This document shows positions 9,628-18,810 of a stretch of 32,000 nt of DNA, piece after piece. The notes under the pieces are model-generated. The model did not search any database. It was given only the letters and a program-made list of their open reading frames with translations, and was not told the DNA's origin. Positions within the stretch are counted from its first letter, which is position 1. Every line of letters starts with the position of its first letter. This DNA is from Paracoccus suum (GTDB taxonomy: Bacteria > Pseudomonadota > Alphaproteobacteria > Rhodobacterales > Rhodobacteraceae): the NCBI RefSeq assembly GCF_003324675.1, contig NZ_CP030918.1, positions 1,080,001-1,112,000 on the forward strand. Direction: 5' to 3'. Both the position numbers and the translations under genes were made by a program.

Positions 9628-10254
9628 TCAACGGCTTTCAGCGCGAGCCCGCAACAAATTGCCGACAATGATCCGGAACGGGATCAGCGCAAGCGCGGCG
9701 AGCCCCAGCTTGACGGTCCAGTCGGCGGCGCCCAAGGCGGCCCACAGTGGCACAAGCGGGCCATGGCCGAACCACAGCGGCACCTGCTCGGCCGCCCAAC
9801 TGACATCGTCGGCCGGGTCGATCGCGCGAAAGGCAGCGGCAAAGGCCAGGCTGAAGAAAATCATCGTATCGAGCGTCGAGCTGAACAGCGTCGAGACCAG
9901 CGGCGCGCGCCACCAGCTGCCCGCGCGCAGGCGGTTGAACACCGAAATATCCAGCGTTTGGGCGGCAAGAAAGGCAGTGCCAGAGGCTATGGCGATTCGC
10001 AGCGTGGTCTTGTCCAGGGCGGCGGCAGCGAGCGAGCACAGAACGCCCACCCAGAAGCCTGCCACCACGACCCGGCGCGCCGCGGCCGGTCCGGCAACGC
10101 GGTTGGTGATGTCGGTCACGAGAAAGGCGAACGGGTAGGTCAGGGCGCCCCAAGTCAGGTGATCGCCGAGGCGGAACTGCACGAGGATGTTGGATGCGGT
10201 CACGACAGCAGCCATGGCCAACACCGCCGGAAGCAGCGCAATGGGACGGGTCAT
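9628..10254 (-). CDS. yhhQ: Queuosine-precursor transporter (YhhQ / VUT / DUF165 family)
   Basis: 208-aa polytopic membrane ORF with YhhQ-family features (GALTYPFAFLVTDITN, SSTLDTMIFF). Confidence 0.8.
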   Translation of the reverse strand: MTRPIALLPAVLAMAAVVTASNILVQFRLGDHLTWGALTYPFAFLVTDITNRVAGPAAARRVVVAGFWVGVLCSLAAAALDKTTLRIAIASGTAFLAAQTLDISVFNRLRAGSWWRAPLVSTLFSSTLDTMIFFSLAFAAAFRAIDPADDVSWAAEQVPLWFGHGPLVPLWAALGAADWTVKLGLAALALIPFRIIVGNLLRARAESR

Positions 10255-10310
10255 CTAGGATTTCCGTTTTGACAAGGTGGCGGAGAACTCGACCCTCACG
10301 GGCAGGGGCG

Positions 10311-10339
10311 CGATAGGACCGGCGGGCGGGGCCTGTCAA
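10311..10339 (-). promoter_or_regulatory. Candidate sigma70-type promoter of the yhhQ-like gene
   Basis: Minus strand reads CTTGACA (-35; TTGACA = 10334-10339), a 17-nt spacer, then CTATCG (-10; 10311-10316). This is close to the alphaproteobacterial CTTGAC-N17-CTATAT consensus and predicts a ~50-nt leader. Confidence 0.35.
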
Positions 10340-10564
10340 GCGGTGACGCTGGGCGGGTGTTGGGGAAAGCCAGATCGCAGGGGGAATTCGGACCCGTCGC
10401 GGGAAATGGTCGCATAGGAATCGTCGTCGGCCCGGACGCAGGGAGACGCTGTGCCGCAAGCTGTCACCATCGGCATTGGGGGCACGCGAGCGGCAGTGCT
10501 GCCCGGCGCTCGTAGGTCGAGTCAAGCAGTATCCCGGCTGGGTTTGCCGCCGGAAAAAGCGACC

Positions 10565-11485
10565 TCAGTCCGTTACGCGATACTCGACCAGTTCGGTGCG
10601 CTGAAAGATCAGGAAGTTATCGTCCGAGATCATCGTCAGGTGAATGCCGCGGTCGTTGCGCCACACGGCCAGCCCCTCCAGGTTGTCATATTGGCCGGGG
10701 GAGGTGGTCAGCAGGACCTCGCCGCCGGAGAGGCCATCCTCGGCAATGTCGAAGCGGCGCACGCGGCTGGCGAAACCCATGATGCCGCGGAAGTTGCGCT
10801 CGAGCAGGTAGAGGCGCCCATCGGAGCCGACGTCGGCACCGACCGGCAACCAGCTGTCAGAGCGGGGCATGGTGAAGGGCTGGTCCCAGGCCCCGTCGCG
10901 AAAGCGGTAGAACTGATAGGGCTTGTCGGTGCCGCCGCTGCGCTCCGGGACGGTCAGAAGGGTGCCTTCCGGCAAGACGGCCAGCGCCTCCAGCCCGCCA
11001 TTGTCGGGCAGGTCGGTGAAAGCCGGGGGCAAAGGAATGGCCTGCGCGGAGCTGTCGGGGGTGGCGTAGCTGACGACGCGGTTCAGCCCCTCGAAGCTGA
11101 CCCAGATGGTGCCGTCGGGCGCGATTGCCAGCCCTTCGCTGTCGCCCTCGTAGCCGGGTTTCAGCGGCGCTCCCTTGGTGCTGCGCAAGGCAGCGGTGCC
11201 GGCGGTCGTCATGCCGCGGATACGGCCGGCGCGGTCACGCTCGAAACTGCCCCAGCGGATCGTGGCGCGGTCGGACAGCGCCCAGTAGCGACTGCCGTCG
11301 TCCGAGACCTCTAGCCCCGAAAAGCCGCCAAAGGTCGGTTCGTCGGACTGCCAGACATAGGTGCCGACATAGGTGACGCGTGCCGCGCTGGCAGGGTCGG
11401 CCCCCGCAGCCACGACAACGGCCAACGCAGCAGCGGAACCAATCCTTGCAGAAAGGCGGCCCTTTCCGCCTGCGGTCAGGGGCAT
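10565..11485 (-). CDS. Esterase-like activity of phytase family protein (secreted beta-propeller-like)
   Basis: ORF 10565..11671. Motifs FGGFSGLEV, EGLAIAPDG, GGLEALAV and NLEGLAV are typical of the phytase-like family. ATG at 11485 lies 2 nt after the mepA stop, and the N-terminus looks like a signal peptide. Confidence 0.7.
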   Translation of the reverse strand: MPLTAGGKGRLSARIGSAAALAVVVAAGADPASAARVTYVGTYVWQSDEPTFGGFSGLEVSDDGSRYWALSDRATIRWGSFERDRAGRIRGMTTAGTAALRSTKGAPLKPGYEGDSEGLAIAPDGTIWVSFEGLNRVVSYATPDSSAQAIPLPPAFTDLPDNGGLEALAVLPEGTLLTVPERSGGTDKPYQFYRFRDGAWDQPFTMPRSDSWLPVGADVGSDGRLYLLERNFRGIMGFASRVRRFDIAEDGLSGGEVLLTTSPGQYDNLEGLAVWRNDRGIHLTMISDDNFLIFQRTELVEYRVTD

Positions 11486-11487
11486 GT

Positions 11488-12369
11488 CTACCGGGCGAGG
11501 CCGACTGCGGTGCATTGCGGCGGCAACTCGCTCAGCCGGTAGCTGCGCGGGTGGCGATAGTCGGGATCGGGGGGCGTGGGATTGCGCTTGGGCGGATTGA
11601 TGCGGTCGGCGATCCACTTGGCGGCCTCGCCGCAGCCATCGCCCGGCGGCACTGCGTCCTGCGTCTGGCACGCGCTGGAGCCGGCGGGGCAGGCGAGGCG
11701 GATGTGGAAGTGGTAGTCATGCGCCTGGATCGGGCGGATCTTGGACAGAAAGCCGCGATCGCCGCGGATATTCTGGCACATCCAGACCTTGGCCATGGGA
11801 TCGACGAACACGCGCTGCACGCGCGGATCGGAAGCCGCCGCCTGCAGCAGCGCGGCATGGGCGGGGGACCAGAGCGACGTCAGCTGCGTGCCGCGCTTGT
11901 TGACGATCGACTGCGAGGAAATGCTTTCGCGCTGGGCCGGGGTCAGGTGCAGCGAGGCGGGCGGCAGCATCCACACGTCGGCATCGAGGCCCAGCTGGTG
12001 GCTGGCATGGCCCGTCAGCATGGGGCCGCCGCGCGGCTGGCTCATGTCACCGACATAGATGCCCTGCCAGCCGAACCGCGTCGCCTGCCGGCTGAGATCC
12101 TCGAGCAGTCCGACCAGTTGCGGATGCCCCCAGTTGCGATTGCGCGACAGGCGCATGGCCTGCCAGGTCGGCCCGGTCTCGGGCAATTGCACGAGGCCGC
12201 TGGCGCAGCCCTTGGAATAAAAGCCGATGGCTTGGGGCGCGCCTGCCGTCGGGCCACGGACCGAGCCAAAGACATCCTTGGCGAGAGGCTCGGCCGATGC
12301 GGGCAGGCCCGCGGTCAGCATCAGGGCCAATGCGCCGACAATCGGGCGGAGGCGGGAGAGCAGGGACAT
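11488..12369 (-). CDS. mepA: Penicillin-insensitive murein endopeptidase
   Basis: 293-aa ORF with a signal peptide and MepA-like motifs (NRNWGHP, HASHQLGLDADVW, HDYHFHIRL). Confidence 0.85.
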   Translation of the reverse strand: MSLLSRLRPIVGALALMLTAGLPASAEPLAKDVFGSVRGPTAGAPQAIGFYSKGCASGLVQLPETGPTWQAMRLSRNRNWGHPQLVGLLEDLSRQATRFGWQGIYVGDMSQPRGGPMLTGHASHQLGLDADVWMLPPASLHLTPAQRESISSQSIVNKRGTQLTSLWSPAHAALLQAAASDPRVQRVFVDPMAKVWMCQNIRGDRGFLSKIRPIQAHDYHFHIRLACPAGSSACQTQDAVPPGDGCGEAAKWIADRINPPKRNPTPPDPDYRHPRSYRLSELPPQCTAVGLAR

Positions 12370-13727
12370 CAGGGGGATTCTCCTTCGGCGCGAACCCAGA
12401 CTAGCAGGATCAGCGCCGCGATGAACATCACGATGAGCGGAGAGATACCAGCCCGGACGCTACCGGTCGCGCTGGTGACGAACGCGATCGACAGCGGCGC
12501 GACGAAGGCGGTCGCCTTGCCCGACAGCGCGTAAAGGCCGAATGCCTCGGTCGCACGCTCGGGGCTGGTGTGGCGCACCATCATCGTGCGCGCGGCCGAT
12601 TGCAGCACGCCGCCCGCAGCGCCGATCAGCACGCCCGCGCCCAGGAAGATGTTGTCGGGCAGCGCCGATCCCGGCGTAAGCGCCATGCCGAAGATCGCGT
12701 TCCGGTCCATGCCCACAAGGCCCATGCAGACCAGCGTCAGCACCAGCATGGCCGCGACCAGGACCGGCTTTGGCCCCCAGCGCCGGTCGGCATGCCCTCC
12801 CGCCCAGGTAATGATCGCCGCCGCCACTGCCGAGATGACGCCGAACACGCCGATCCGCGTGACCGGCCAGTCCAGCACGGTAGCGGCGTATATGCCGCCA
12901 AAGGCGTAAAGCCCGTTCAGCGCATCGCGCGCCAGCATCGACGAGGTCAGCCAAGCCAGCAGGCTGGGCCGAGAACGAAGGCTGGCCAGAAGCAGCCACA
13001 GATCGCGCAGTGCCGCGCCAAGTCGCAGTGGGCGCGCGGGGCCGCGCGGCTCACGTACTGCAAGGGCAAAGGGCAGCATGAAGACGATATACCAAAGCGC
13101 CGTGAATGGGCCCGCAAACCGCGTCCCTTCGCGCGCGGCGCCATCGAGGCCGAAGGCTGGCGGATGCCCGAGGAGGGTCAGCCCGGCCTGGTTCTCGGCG
13201 AAGCCCAGCAACATCACGGCGAGGGCCAGCACGCCCCCGACATAACCCAGCGCCGCACCCGTGCCCGAGATGCGCCCGATCTCGGACCGGGGGCCGAGGC
13301 CGGGCAACAGGGCGTTGGTGAAGATGGTTGTGAACTCCATCCCAATGACGCCGAGACCGAACAGGGCGATCACCAGCCACAGGCCCAGCGGGCCGGTGCC
13401 GGGGGCCAGCCACCATAGGCCGGCGGCGCCTACAACATAGAGAACCGAGAATCCCCAGACCCATGGCAGGCGCCGTCCGGTCTGGTCAGCGATGGCGCCG
13501 AGGATCGGTGCCAGAATGGCGATGACAACGCCCGAAAGCCCAAGGCCGACGCCCCACATCGATTGCGCGCCGGCGGCGGCCTCGGCCGCGGGGGTGCCAT
13601 GTGCGATCAGCGATTGCGCGGCGATGGTGCTGAAATAGGGTGCAAAGATAAAGGTCAGCAGCAGCGTGGCGTAGGGCTGGCTGGCCCAGTCATAGAACCA
13701 CCAGCCGAGAATTCGCCGCCTGTCCAT
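12369..13727 (-). CDS. MFS transporter, UMF1/Atg22-like family
   Basis: ORF 12369..13766. The N-terminus from ATG 13727 (MDRRRILGWWFYDWASQPY...) is typical of the UMF1 family, and the protein has multiple TM segments. Its TGA overlaps the mepA ATG by 1 nt. Confidence 0.8.
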   Translation of the reverse strand: MDRRRILGWWFYDWASQPYATLLLTFIFAPYFSTIAAQSLIAHGTPAAEAAAGAQSMWGVGLGLSGVVIAILAPILGAIADQTGRRLPWVWGFSVLYVVGAAGLWWLAPGTGPLGLWLVIALFGLGVIGMEFTTIFTNALLPGLGPRSEIGRISGTGAALGYVGGVLALAVMLLGFAENQAGLTLLGHPPAFGLDGAAREGTRFAGPFTALWYIVFMLPFALAVREPRGPARPLRLGAALRDLWLLLASLRSRPSLLAWLTSSMLARDALNGLYAFGGIYAATVLDWPVTRIGVFGVISAVAAAIITWAGGHADRRWGPKPVLVAAMLVLTLVCMGLVGMDRNAIFGMALTPGSALPDNIFLGAGVLIGAAGGVLQSAARTMMVRHTSPERATEAFGLYALSGKATAFVAPLSIAFVTSATGSVRAGISPLIVMFIAALILLVWVRAEGESP

Positions 13728-13798
13728 GCGCGTTCCCCTGCGGTTGCATCGCGCCCGCATGAACACCGCCCGGGGCCCGACTGTCTAGGGGCGGGCGC

Positions 13799-14353
13799 CT
13801 ATTCGGCCGCCGCGTCAGGCGCGCCCTCGGGCGGCCATGGCCGCTCGGCATCGGCGGCGATCCAGGCGCGGACCCACTCGGGCAGCGGCGGGCTCTCGGC
13901 CGGAAGGCCCATCGCCGCCGCGACCTCGGCGGTCGGCACGATCCCCGAGGCCCCTCGCGTCACGGCCGAACGCAGCAGCATGTTGTTGGCGCACTCGCCC
14001 CCCTTCCACATGGACTGCTCCATATAGAAGAAGCGCTCGTCCCAGCCGATCAGGCGCGAGACCATCTGGAACCGCTCGAACGACTTGATGCGCCGGCGGT
14101 AGCGCACCGACACGCCTGCCACGGCCAGCCCCCAGCGTCGCTCGCGCGCGGTCTGTGCAAGGCCGGTGCGCACTGACAGCGCCATCCGGCCCAGATCATA
14201 CAGGGTCAGTGTGCGGCCGTTGTTCATCTCCAGCCAGGGGTCGATGTCCCAAGGCCAGCAGCGGTGCTGCGAGACATGGGGCGCGAACGGCCCGAGCGCC
14301 GGCAGGCGGCGAGCGGCCGCAATATGGCGGGCAAAGCGCAGGATCGGATACAT
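13799..14353 (-). CDS. Hotdog-fold acyl-CoA thioesterase family protein
   Basis: 184-aa ORF with similarity by eye to thioesterase-like (4HBT_2-type) proteins (WDIDPWLEMNNGRTLTLYDLGR..., RYRRRIKSFERF). Confidence 0.65.
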   Translation of the reverse strand: MYPILRFARHIAAARRLPALGPFAPHVSQHRCWPWDIDPWLEMNNGRTLTLYDLGRMALSVRTGLAQTARERRWGLAVAGVSVRYRRRIKSFERFQMVSRLIGWDERFFYMEQSMWKGGECANNMLLRSAVTRGASGIVPTAEVAAAMGLPAESPPLPEWVRAWIAADAERPWPPEGAPDAAAE

Positions 14354-14530
14354 GGCGGGCCGTCTCGATGGGATTGGCCGGGGCTAAGGGGCCGCGCAGC
14401 AAGGTGCAACGACGACCTGACGGCACGAGGGGCCGGCTGGCGGAACCCGGCGTGTGCGCCGCGGGCGGTTGCGCGGGCCGCCCGCGTCGCTTACCTGCAG
14501 GCAAGGCCGGGCAAGACAGATGGGTTGGGA

Positions 14531-14824
14531 ATGGGCACGATCTACGAAGCACTGCAAATGCTGCTGAATGTGGTGTGGTTTGTCATGATCGCCCACATCA
14601 TCCTGTCCTGGCTGATCAACTTTCAGGTGTTGAACCTGCGCCAGCCGCTGGTAGCGCAGGTCTGGCAGGGGCTGAACAATCTGCTCGAGCCGATCTACGG
14701 TCCCGTGCGGCGCATCCTGCCCAATACCGGGGGCCTCGATCTGGCGCCGCTGGTGGTGTTCATCTGCATCATCATCCTGCAGCGCGCGCTCGCCAACAAC
14801 GCCGGCTGGTTCTACGGCTACTGA
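14531..14824 (+). CDS. yggT: YggT family membrane protein
   Basis: ATG at 14531 inside ORF 14264..14824. 97 aa with the YggT pattern (ILSWL...LEPIYGPVRRILP..GGLDLAPLV). Confidence 0.8.
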   Translation: MGTIYEALQMLLNVVWFVMIAHIILSWLINFQVLNLRQPLVAQVWQGLNNLLEPIYGPVRRILPNTGGLDLAPLVVFICIIILQRALANNAGWFYGY

Positions 14825-16854
14825 TGCCTACGGACCTGCTGCGCGAAGTCTGGGGCTTTGACGCCTTCCGCCCCGGCCAGCAGGAGATCGTCGAGGCGGT
14901 CGCGGCCGGCCGCGACGTGCTGGCGATCATGCCGACCGGCGGCGGCAAATCGCTGTGCTTCCAACTGCCCGCCCTCATGCGGGATGGGGTGACGCTGGTC
15001 ATCTCGCCGCTGATTGCCCTGATGCGCGACCAGGTCGGGGCGCTGAAGGCCTCGGGCGTTGCTGCTGGTGCGCTGACCTCTGGCCATACCGAGGCCGAGA
15101 GTGACGAGGTCTTTTCCGCCCTGCGCGACGGCTCGCTGAAGCTGCTCTACATGGCGCCTGAGCGCCTTGCCGCCGGCGGCACGCTGCCGCTGCTGCGCCG
15201 CGCCGGGGTCAGCGCGATCGCCGTCGACGAGGCGCATTGCGTCAGTGCCTGGGGCCATGACTTCCGCCCCGACTACCTGCGCATCGGCGAGTTGCGCCGC
15301 GCGCTGGGGGTGCCGCTGGCCGCCTTCACGGCGACCGCCGACGCCGAAACCCGCGGCGAGATCATCGCCCGCCTGTTCGACGGCGCCGTCCCACAGGTGT
15401 TCCTGCACGGCTTTGACCGGCCAAACATTCACCTCGCCTTTGCGGCCAAGGACGGCCCGCGCGCGCAGATCCTGGATTTCGCCGCCGCGCGCGCCGGCCA
15501 GTCGGGCATCGTCTATTGTGCCACACGCGCCCGGACCGAGACGCTGGCTGCCGCCCTGAATGCCGCCGGCCAGCCGGCGATCAGCTATCACGGCGGCATG
15601 GAGGCCGAGGCGCGGCGTGAGGCCGAGGGCCGCTTTCAGCGCGAGGACGGGCTGATCGTCGCCGCGACCGTCGCCTTTGGCATGGGCATCGACAAGCCTG
15701 ACATCCGCTGGGTGGCCCATGCCGACCTGCCCAAGTCCATCGAGTCCTACTATCAGGAAATCGGTCGCGCGGGCCGCGACGGCGCGCCGGCCGAGACGCT
15801 GACGTTGTTCGGCACCGACGACATCCGCCTGCGCCGCAGCCAGATCGACGAGGGGCTGGCCGATGACAGCCGCAAGTCGGCCGACCATGGCCGTCTGAAC
15901 GCCCTGCTGGGACTGGCCGACGCGCCGGGCTGCCGCCGTCAGGTCCTGCTGCGCTATTTCGGCGAGGACACCGCGCCCTGCGGCAATTGCGATCATTGCG
16001 ACCGCCCGCCCGAACTGTGGGATGCCACCGAGGCGGTGCGCAAGGCGCTCTCCGCCATGCTGCGCAGCGGCGAGTGGTTCGGCGCGGGCCATGTCATCGA
16101 CATCCTGACCGGCTCGGCCACCGAAAAGGTCAAGGCGCGCGGCCATGACCAACTGCCGACCTTTGGCGTCGGGCGCGATCTGTCTAAGGGCGAATGGCAG
16201 GGCGTGATCCGCCAGATGCTGGGGCGCGATCTCTGCCGCCCCGACCCCGAGCGGCACGGCGCGCTGCGCATCACCCCCGACGCCCACCCCGTCCTGCGGG
16301 GCGAGACCAGCGTCTCGCTGAAACGCGACGCGCTGGCCAAACGCGCGCCCCGCCCCGAGCCGCGCGCCATGGTGGCCGAGGAGGACGCGGGCCTGCTGTC
16401 CGCGCTGAAGGCCCGGCGGCGCGCCCTGGCCGAGGCGCAGCGCGTGCCGGCCTATGTCGTCTTTCCGGACAAGACCCTGATCGAGATGGCCGAGCGCCGC
16501 CCGCAGGACCTCGACGACATGGCCCGCATCCCAGGCGTCGGCGCGAAAAAGCTGGAAGCCTATGGCGCGGCCTTCCTCGAGGTTATCGCGGGCGAGGCCC
16601 CGGCCGTCCACCCCGCCCGGCGCAAACTGGCCGGCCGCCCCGAAGGCGCCCTCGCCGACCGGCTGGAGGCCGCGCAGACCGCGCTGCTGCGGGGCGCGGA
16701 CGGAACGGGCAAATACATGGCCTGCACGCGGGGGATGCTCGCGGCTGTGGCGAAGGCGCGACCGAGGGACTTGGCGGCGCTGGAGCGGATTATCGGGGAG
16801 GCGCGGGCCGAACGGTTCGGGGCGGTGTTTTTGGGGGAGATTGGGGAGGGGTAA
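14824..16854 (+). CDS. recQ: ATP-dependent DNA helicase RecQ
   Basis: ATG at 14824 inside ORF 14155..16854, overlapping the yggT TGA by 1 nt. Motifs: FRPGQQEIV, MPTGGGKSLCFQLPAL, DEAHCVSAWGHDFRPDY, zinc finger CGNCDHC, HRDC region. Confidence 0.95.
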   Translation: MPTDLLREVWGFDAFRPGQQEIVEAVAAGRDVLAIMPTGGGKSLCFQLPALMRDGVTLVISPLIALMRDQVGALKASGVAAGALTSGHTEAESDEVFSALRDGSLKLLYMAPERLAAGGTLPLLRRAGVSAIAVDEAHCVSAWGHDFRPDYLRIGELRRALGVPLAAFTATADAETRGEIIARLFDGAVPQVFLHGFDRPNIHLAFAAKDGPRAQILDFAAARAGQSGIVYCATRARTETLAAALNAAGQPAISYHGGMEAEARREAEGRFQREDGLIVAATVAFGMGIDKPDIRWVAHADLPKSIESYYQEIGRAGRDGAPAETLTLFGTDDIRLRRSQIDEGLADDSRKSADHGRLNALLGLADAPGCRRQVLLRYFGEDTAPCGNCDHCDRPPELWDATEAVRKALSAMLRSGEWFGAGHVIDILTGSATEKVKARGHDQLPTFGVGRDLSKGEWQGVIRQMLGRDLCRPDPERHGALRITPDAHPVLRGETSVSLKRDALAKRAPRPEPRAMVAEEDAGLLSALKARRRALAEAQRVPAYVVFPDKTLIEMAERRPQDLDDMARIPGVGAKKLEAYGAAFLEVIAGEAPAVHPARRKLAGRPEGALADRLEAAQTALLRGADGTGKYMACTRGMLAAVAKARPRDLAALERIIGEARAERFGAVFLGEIGEG

Positions 16855-16881
16855 GGGCGCCGCATAGCCCCGGCGCATCAG

Positions 16882-17097
16882 TTGGAACAGAGCAGCAACC
16901 GGGCCGAGACGAACCTAGTGCTGCGGGCCTTCATGCACGCGCGGCTGTCGGGGCTGCTGCGTGGGGGCGAGACGATGGACTACCTTTTCCACCGGGAAAA
17001 AGAGGGGCTGGACGGCCGCAAGCCGGGCTGGGGCGAGGCCCAGAAGGATTTCGAGGACCTGGGTCCCGACGCCGCCCGGTTGCTGAGCGACGAGTAG
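16882..17097 (+). CDS. Hypothetical small ORF (GC-rich, no recognisable family; may be a gene remnant)
   Basis: 71-codon ORF with a TTG start and internal ATGs, in host-like GC directly left of the low-GC islet. No convincing RBS seen. Confidence 0.15.
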   Translation: MEQSSNRAETNLVLRAFMHARLSGLLRGGETMDYLFHREKEGLDGRKPGWGEAQKDFEDLGPDAARLLSDE

Positions 17098-17243
17098 GGT
17101 GTGCCGATCGGGGAGGAGAAACGCTCGGGGCGGGCGGATACGATTGCGTGGTTAAGGGGGAGATAGGCGGAGTTTTTGTCTGCCATTGGCCGTGAGCAAG
17201 CCATACCTTACGGCTGCCTATGCTGTTTTGCTCTTCTGCCTCG

Positions 17244-18788
17244 CTATAGATCAACCAGAGCTTCATCTGGCACTGGCACCGCGCCTAGAAATTCTTTGCC
17301 CTCCGGAGTGAGGTTATCAAAAGTTCGCCGTTGAAATATTATTTCGCGATCTGGATGGTCTTGGTCAACCTTCCCCAAATTTGGGCTCGCGCTTGCGGCT
17401 GCCCACGGCAATATGTTACCTTTATCATCTTTCATGCGAGACTTGGAAAATATCCGAGAGAAGCGCACGTGGGTTATTCCTGTAAATTGGCGAAACTCCA
17501 CTTTCTCAGGTGATGGCGATGATTGATCTATATCTATAGAGTCGGGATACAGATCGGATGTAAAGCTCTTGGCATACGGCTCCAGGTAAGTTACTCGACG
17601 AATACCTGCTGCAACGATATGCTTAGAGCAGTTGTGGCATGGGAAGGTTGTGCAAAAGAGTTCGCCATCCTTAAGTGTGCTGCCGTTGCGAGCTGCAGAA
17701 GTGAGTGCGCTCATTTCTGCATGAACAGCGCGTCCGTACTCCAATGAGTCCATGATCTGCGAGTCTTTGAGCGGAGCATCCTTCTCGTCGAGCATTTTGC
17801 TCGGAAATTGCGTATCGGACTGATGCTCATCCTTCATATAAGGCTTCAGGAGGCTTACAATCTCAAGAACCATCTGCCTCTTTCTTACTGTATTTATATC
17901 CTTTCCTAACGCAACGTCCCGAGCGTCAATTCCATCTTCTGGCCAGTAGGTTCCCCCGAAAGCTTTTGGTGCCTCATTGTATCCGGAGGCAATCATTGTG
18001 CCCTCAACGGCAACTACTGCACCGACCTGCCTAGCAGTATCGATGGAAGCAAGGGAAGTTTGATATGCTATATTCTGAAAAAATTCAGACCTGGTAGGGG
18101 ATATTTTGAAGTTTCCGAACAGGCCAAAGAAAAATCTATTTACTATTTCGCGCGATAATTTTGGTTGAGAGGGGTCGATTATGACATCGGCAAGGGGGAA
18201 TACTTTGCTCACTCGTTGGCCATGCCTCGCGCTTGCCTCATCATCGTCTTGGTTTATCAAGTCTTGTGCTGTTTTGTTCCAAGACGCTTGGCGGGGAGCT
18301 TCTGCATGATCATCTGCAATCCTCCGAGACAATATCGAAAGTCGTTGATCTAATGGAATATGACACGACACTAAGATGAATTGCTGACCGTAAACCGCTT
18401 GCAGTGCTTCCGCTTCTTCCTTCCTTTTGATTTGATCGACAATGTATGCTCTCCGGGGCGCTGGAGAGTTTTCGTCGCCAGTGAATTCACGCCTGATTTG
18501 TCTTATTCTTGAAATGGCGTATGCAGCAAAGATTGCATCATTCTCAGATTTTTCTTGCACATCGTTGCAAGCCGCAATGTATGTTTGGTATCTTTTCTCT
18601 ATTGGATTCTCAACGATATCGAAGTTAAGCCGCTCTTCTTTAACTAAATCTGTTAGTTTTATGTGGGAAGTTAGGTAGTTCAGCGAGCTGAGGCATTGCG
18701 TAAGGATTTCAACCACGTCCTTGGTTTCCACACCCATCCTGCCGACTAGGCCAATTACCAGCTCGGCACCCTTTAACTGCGTTAGCAT
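17244..18788 (-). CDS. Kinase-like / CDA-fold zinc deaminase fusion; candidate anti-phage dCTP deaminase (nucleotide-depletion defence)
   Basis: ORF 17244..18830 (TTG at 18830). ATG at 18788 (MLTQLKGAELVIGLVG...) is preceded by GGGAGGG. HAE motif at 17715-17723 (CAT GCA GAA) and PCHNC at 17628-17642 were verified on the DNA. The N-terminal GLVGRMGV is a degenerate P-loop lacking GK[ST]. Overall layout matches my recollection of defensive dCTP deaminases. Confidence 0.75.
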   Translation of the reverse strand: MLTQLKGAELVIGLVGRMGVETKDVVEILTQCLSSLNYLTSHIKLTDLVKEERLNFDIVENPIEKRYQTYIAACNDVQEKSENDAIFAAYAISRIRQIRREFTGDENSPAPRRAYIVDQIKRKEEAEALQAVYGQQFILVSCHIPLDQRLSILSRRIADDHAEAPRQASWNKTAQDLINQDDDEASARHGQRVSKVFPLADVIIDPSQPKLSREIVNRFFFGLFGNFKISPTRSEFFQNIAYQTSLASIDTARQVGAVVAVEGTMIASGYNEAPKAFGGTYWPEDGIDARDVALGKDINTVRKRQMVLEIVSLLKPYMKDEHQSDTQFPSKMLDEKDAPLKDSQIMDSLEYGRAVHAEMSALTSAARNGSTLKDGELFCTTFPCHNCSKHIVAAGIRRVTYLEPYAKSFTSDLYPDSIDIDQSSPSPEKVEFRQFTGITHVRFSRIFSKSRMKDDKGNILPWAAASASPNLGKVDQDHPDREIIFQRRTFDNLTPEGKEFLGAVPVPDEALVDL

Positions 18789-18810
18789 TTTTTTTGCGAC
18801 CCTCCCAAAA

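Noticed and set aside
14155-14823. 223-codon extension upstream of recQ in ORF 14155..16854
   Set aside because: It overlaps the thioesterase gene (antisense) and yggT. The RecQ homology starts at the ATG at 14824 (MPTDLLREVWGFDAFRPGQ).
17331-18678. Small plus-strand ORFs (17331..17513, 17523..17747, 18165..18353, 18442..18678) inside the islet
   Set aside because: All are antisense to the deaminase reading frame, which has verified catalytic motifs. No RBSs were seen.
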